Origin: an uncultured Arcobacter sp.
GTDB taxonomy: Bacteria > Campylobacterota > Campylobacteria > Campylobacterales > Arcobacteraceae
Direction: 5' to 3'
Assembly: GCA_965140705.1 (NCBI GenBank)
Contig: OZ223300.1
Span: 480,001-544,000, forward strand
Length of the DNA stretch: 64,000 nt
Below are positions 63,394-64,000 of this stretch, one piece after another. Within the stretch, counting starts at the first letter, position 1, and each line of letters opens with the position of its first letter. Made by a program: the position numbers and the translations under genes. The notes under the pieces were generated by a model, which saw only the letters and a program-made list of their open reading frames with translations, was not told the DNA's origin and made no database searches.

Positions 63394-64000
63394 AACAAAG
63401 AACAATAGCAAAAGCAGTAGAAATAGTTGGAATTGGGCTTCATAAAGGTGTTCCTGTAAAAATGAAATTAGAGCCTTTGGAAGCTAATCAAGGAATAATA
63501 TTTTATAGGTCTGATGAAGCTTTAACAATTCCTCTAAAAATAGAAAATGTTGTTGATACAAAAATGGCAACAGTTATTGGAAAAGATGGAGTTGTTATTT
63601 CAACTATTGAACATCTTTTATCTGCTGTTTATGCTTATGGAATTGATAATTTGCGAATTGTTCTTGATAATGATGAGGTTCCAGTACTTGATGGGAGTTC
63701 ATCTGGATATTGTATGCTAATTGATGAAGTTGGCATAAAAGAGTTAAGTGAATCAAAAAAAGTAATTAAGATAAAAAAAGAGGTTGAAGTTACAACTGAA
63801 GATGGTAAAAGAGTATCTTTAAAGCCCTCTAATCATATTGTTTATGATTTTTCCATTGACTTTGAAAATCCAGTAATTGGACAACAAAATTACCATTTTG
63901 ATTATAGTATTGATGAGTATAAAGAAAATATTTCAAAAGCTAGAACTTTTGGATTTTTGCATGAAGTACAATATCTTAGAAGTATAGGTTTAGCTCAAGG
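63390..64000 (+). CDS. lpxC: UDP-3-O-acyl-GlcNAc deacetylase, runs off the window end (not in ORF track)
   Basis: MKQRTI...[31 protein letters not shown]. Confidence 0.96.
   Translation, partial: MKQRTIAKAVEIVGIGLHKGVPVKMKLEPLEANQGIIFYRSDEALTIPLKIENVVDTKMATVIGKDGVVISTIEHLLSAVYAYGIDNLRIVLDNDEVPVLDGSSSGYCMLIDEVGIKELSESKKVIKIKKEVEVTTEDGKRVSLKPSNHIVYDFSIDFENPVIGQQNYHFDYSIDEYKENISKARTFGFLHEVQYLRSIGLAQ

Overview
AT-rich bacterial chromosome segment. Gene content and order point to Campylobacterota, most likely Arcobacteraceae (inference). It is mostly housekeeping: ctpA, purC/S/Q, plsC-crcB, tatA-argS, nadD-rsfS, gap-pgk-tpiA-fabI, lysA-pheA-hisC-dxs, alaS, trxA-trxB, dapB-purF, uvrD-truB-ispE-smpB, the cbb3 oxidase operon ccoNOQP with accessory genes and addB, prfB, a porin, plsY-folB, nadAC and the start of lpxC. 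No rRNA, tRNA, CRISPR array, integrase or transposase was recognised. Two things stand out. (1) A 10,797-bp unit is bounded by two near-identical 934-bp direct repeats that are whole trxB genes. It carries a self-contained C4-dicarboxylate respiration module: DASS transporter, two-component system, class I fumarase and frdCAB. Its two main promoters share an OmpR/PhoB-style box exactly 10 nt upstream of the -10 element. The repeated trxB sequence also shows extreme A-ending codon skew that stops abruptly near the repeat end. (2) Two ~145-150-bp long hairpins overlap the stop codons of fabI and dxs. Their stems differ in sequence, but they share four loop/core motifs that match the enterobacterial ERIC core. 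Also noted: an atypical long-form purC, two small membrane ORFs missed by the ORF track, and no csrA between truB and ispE.
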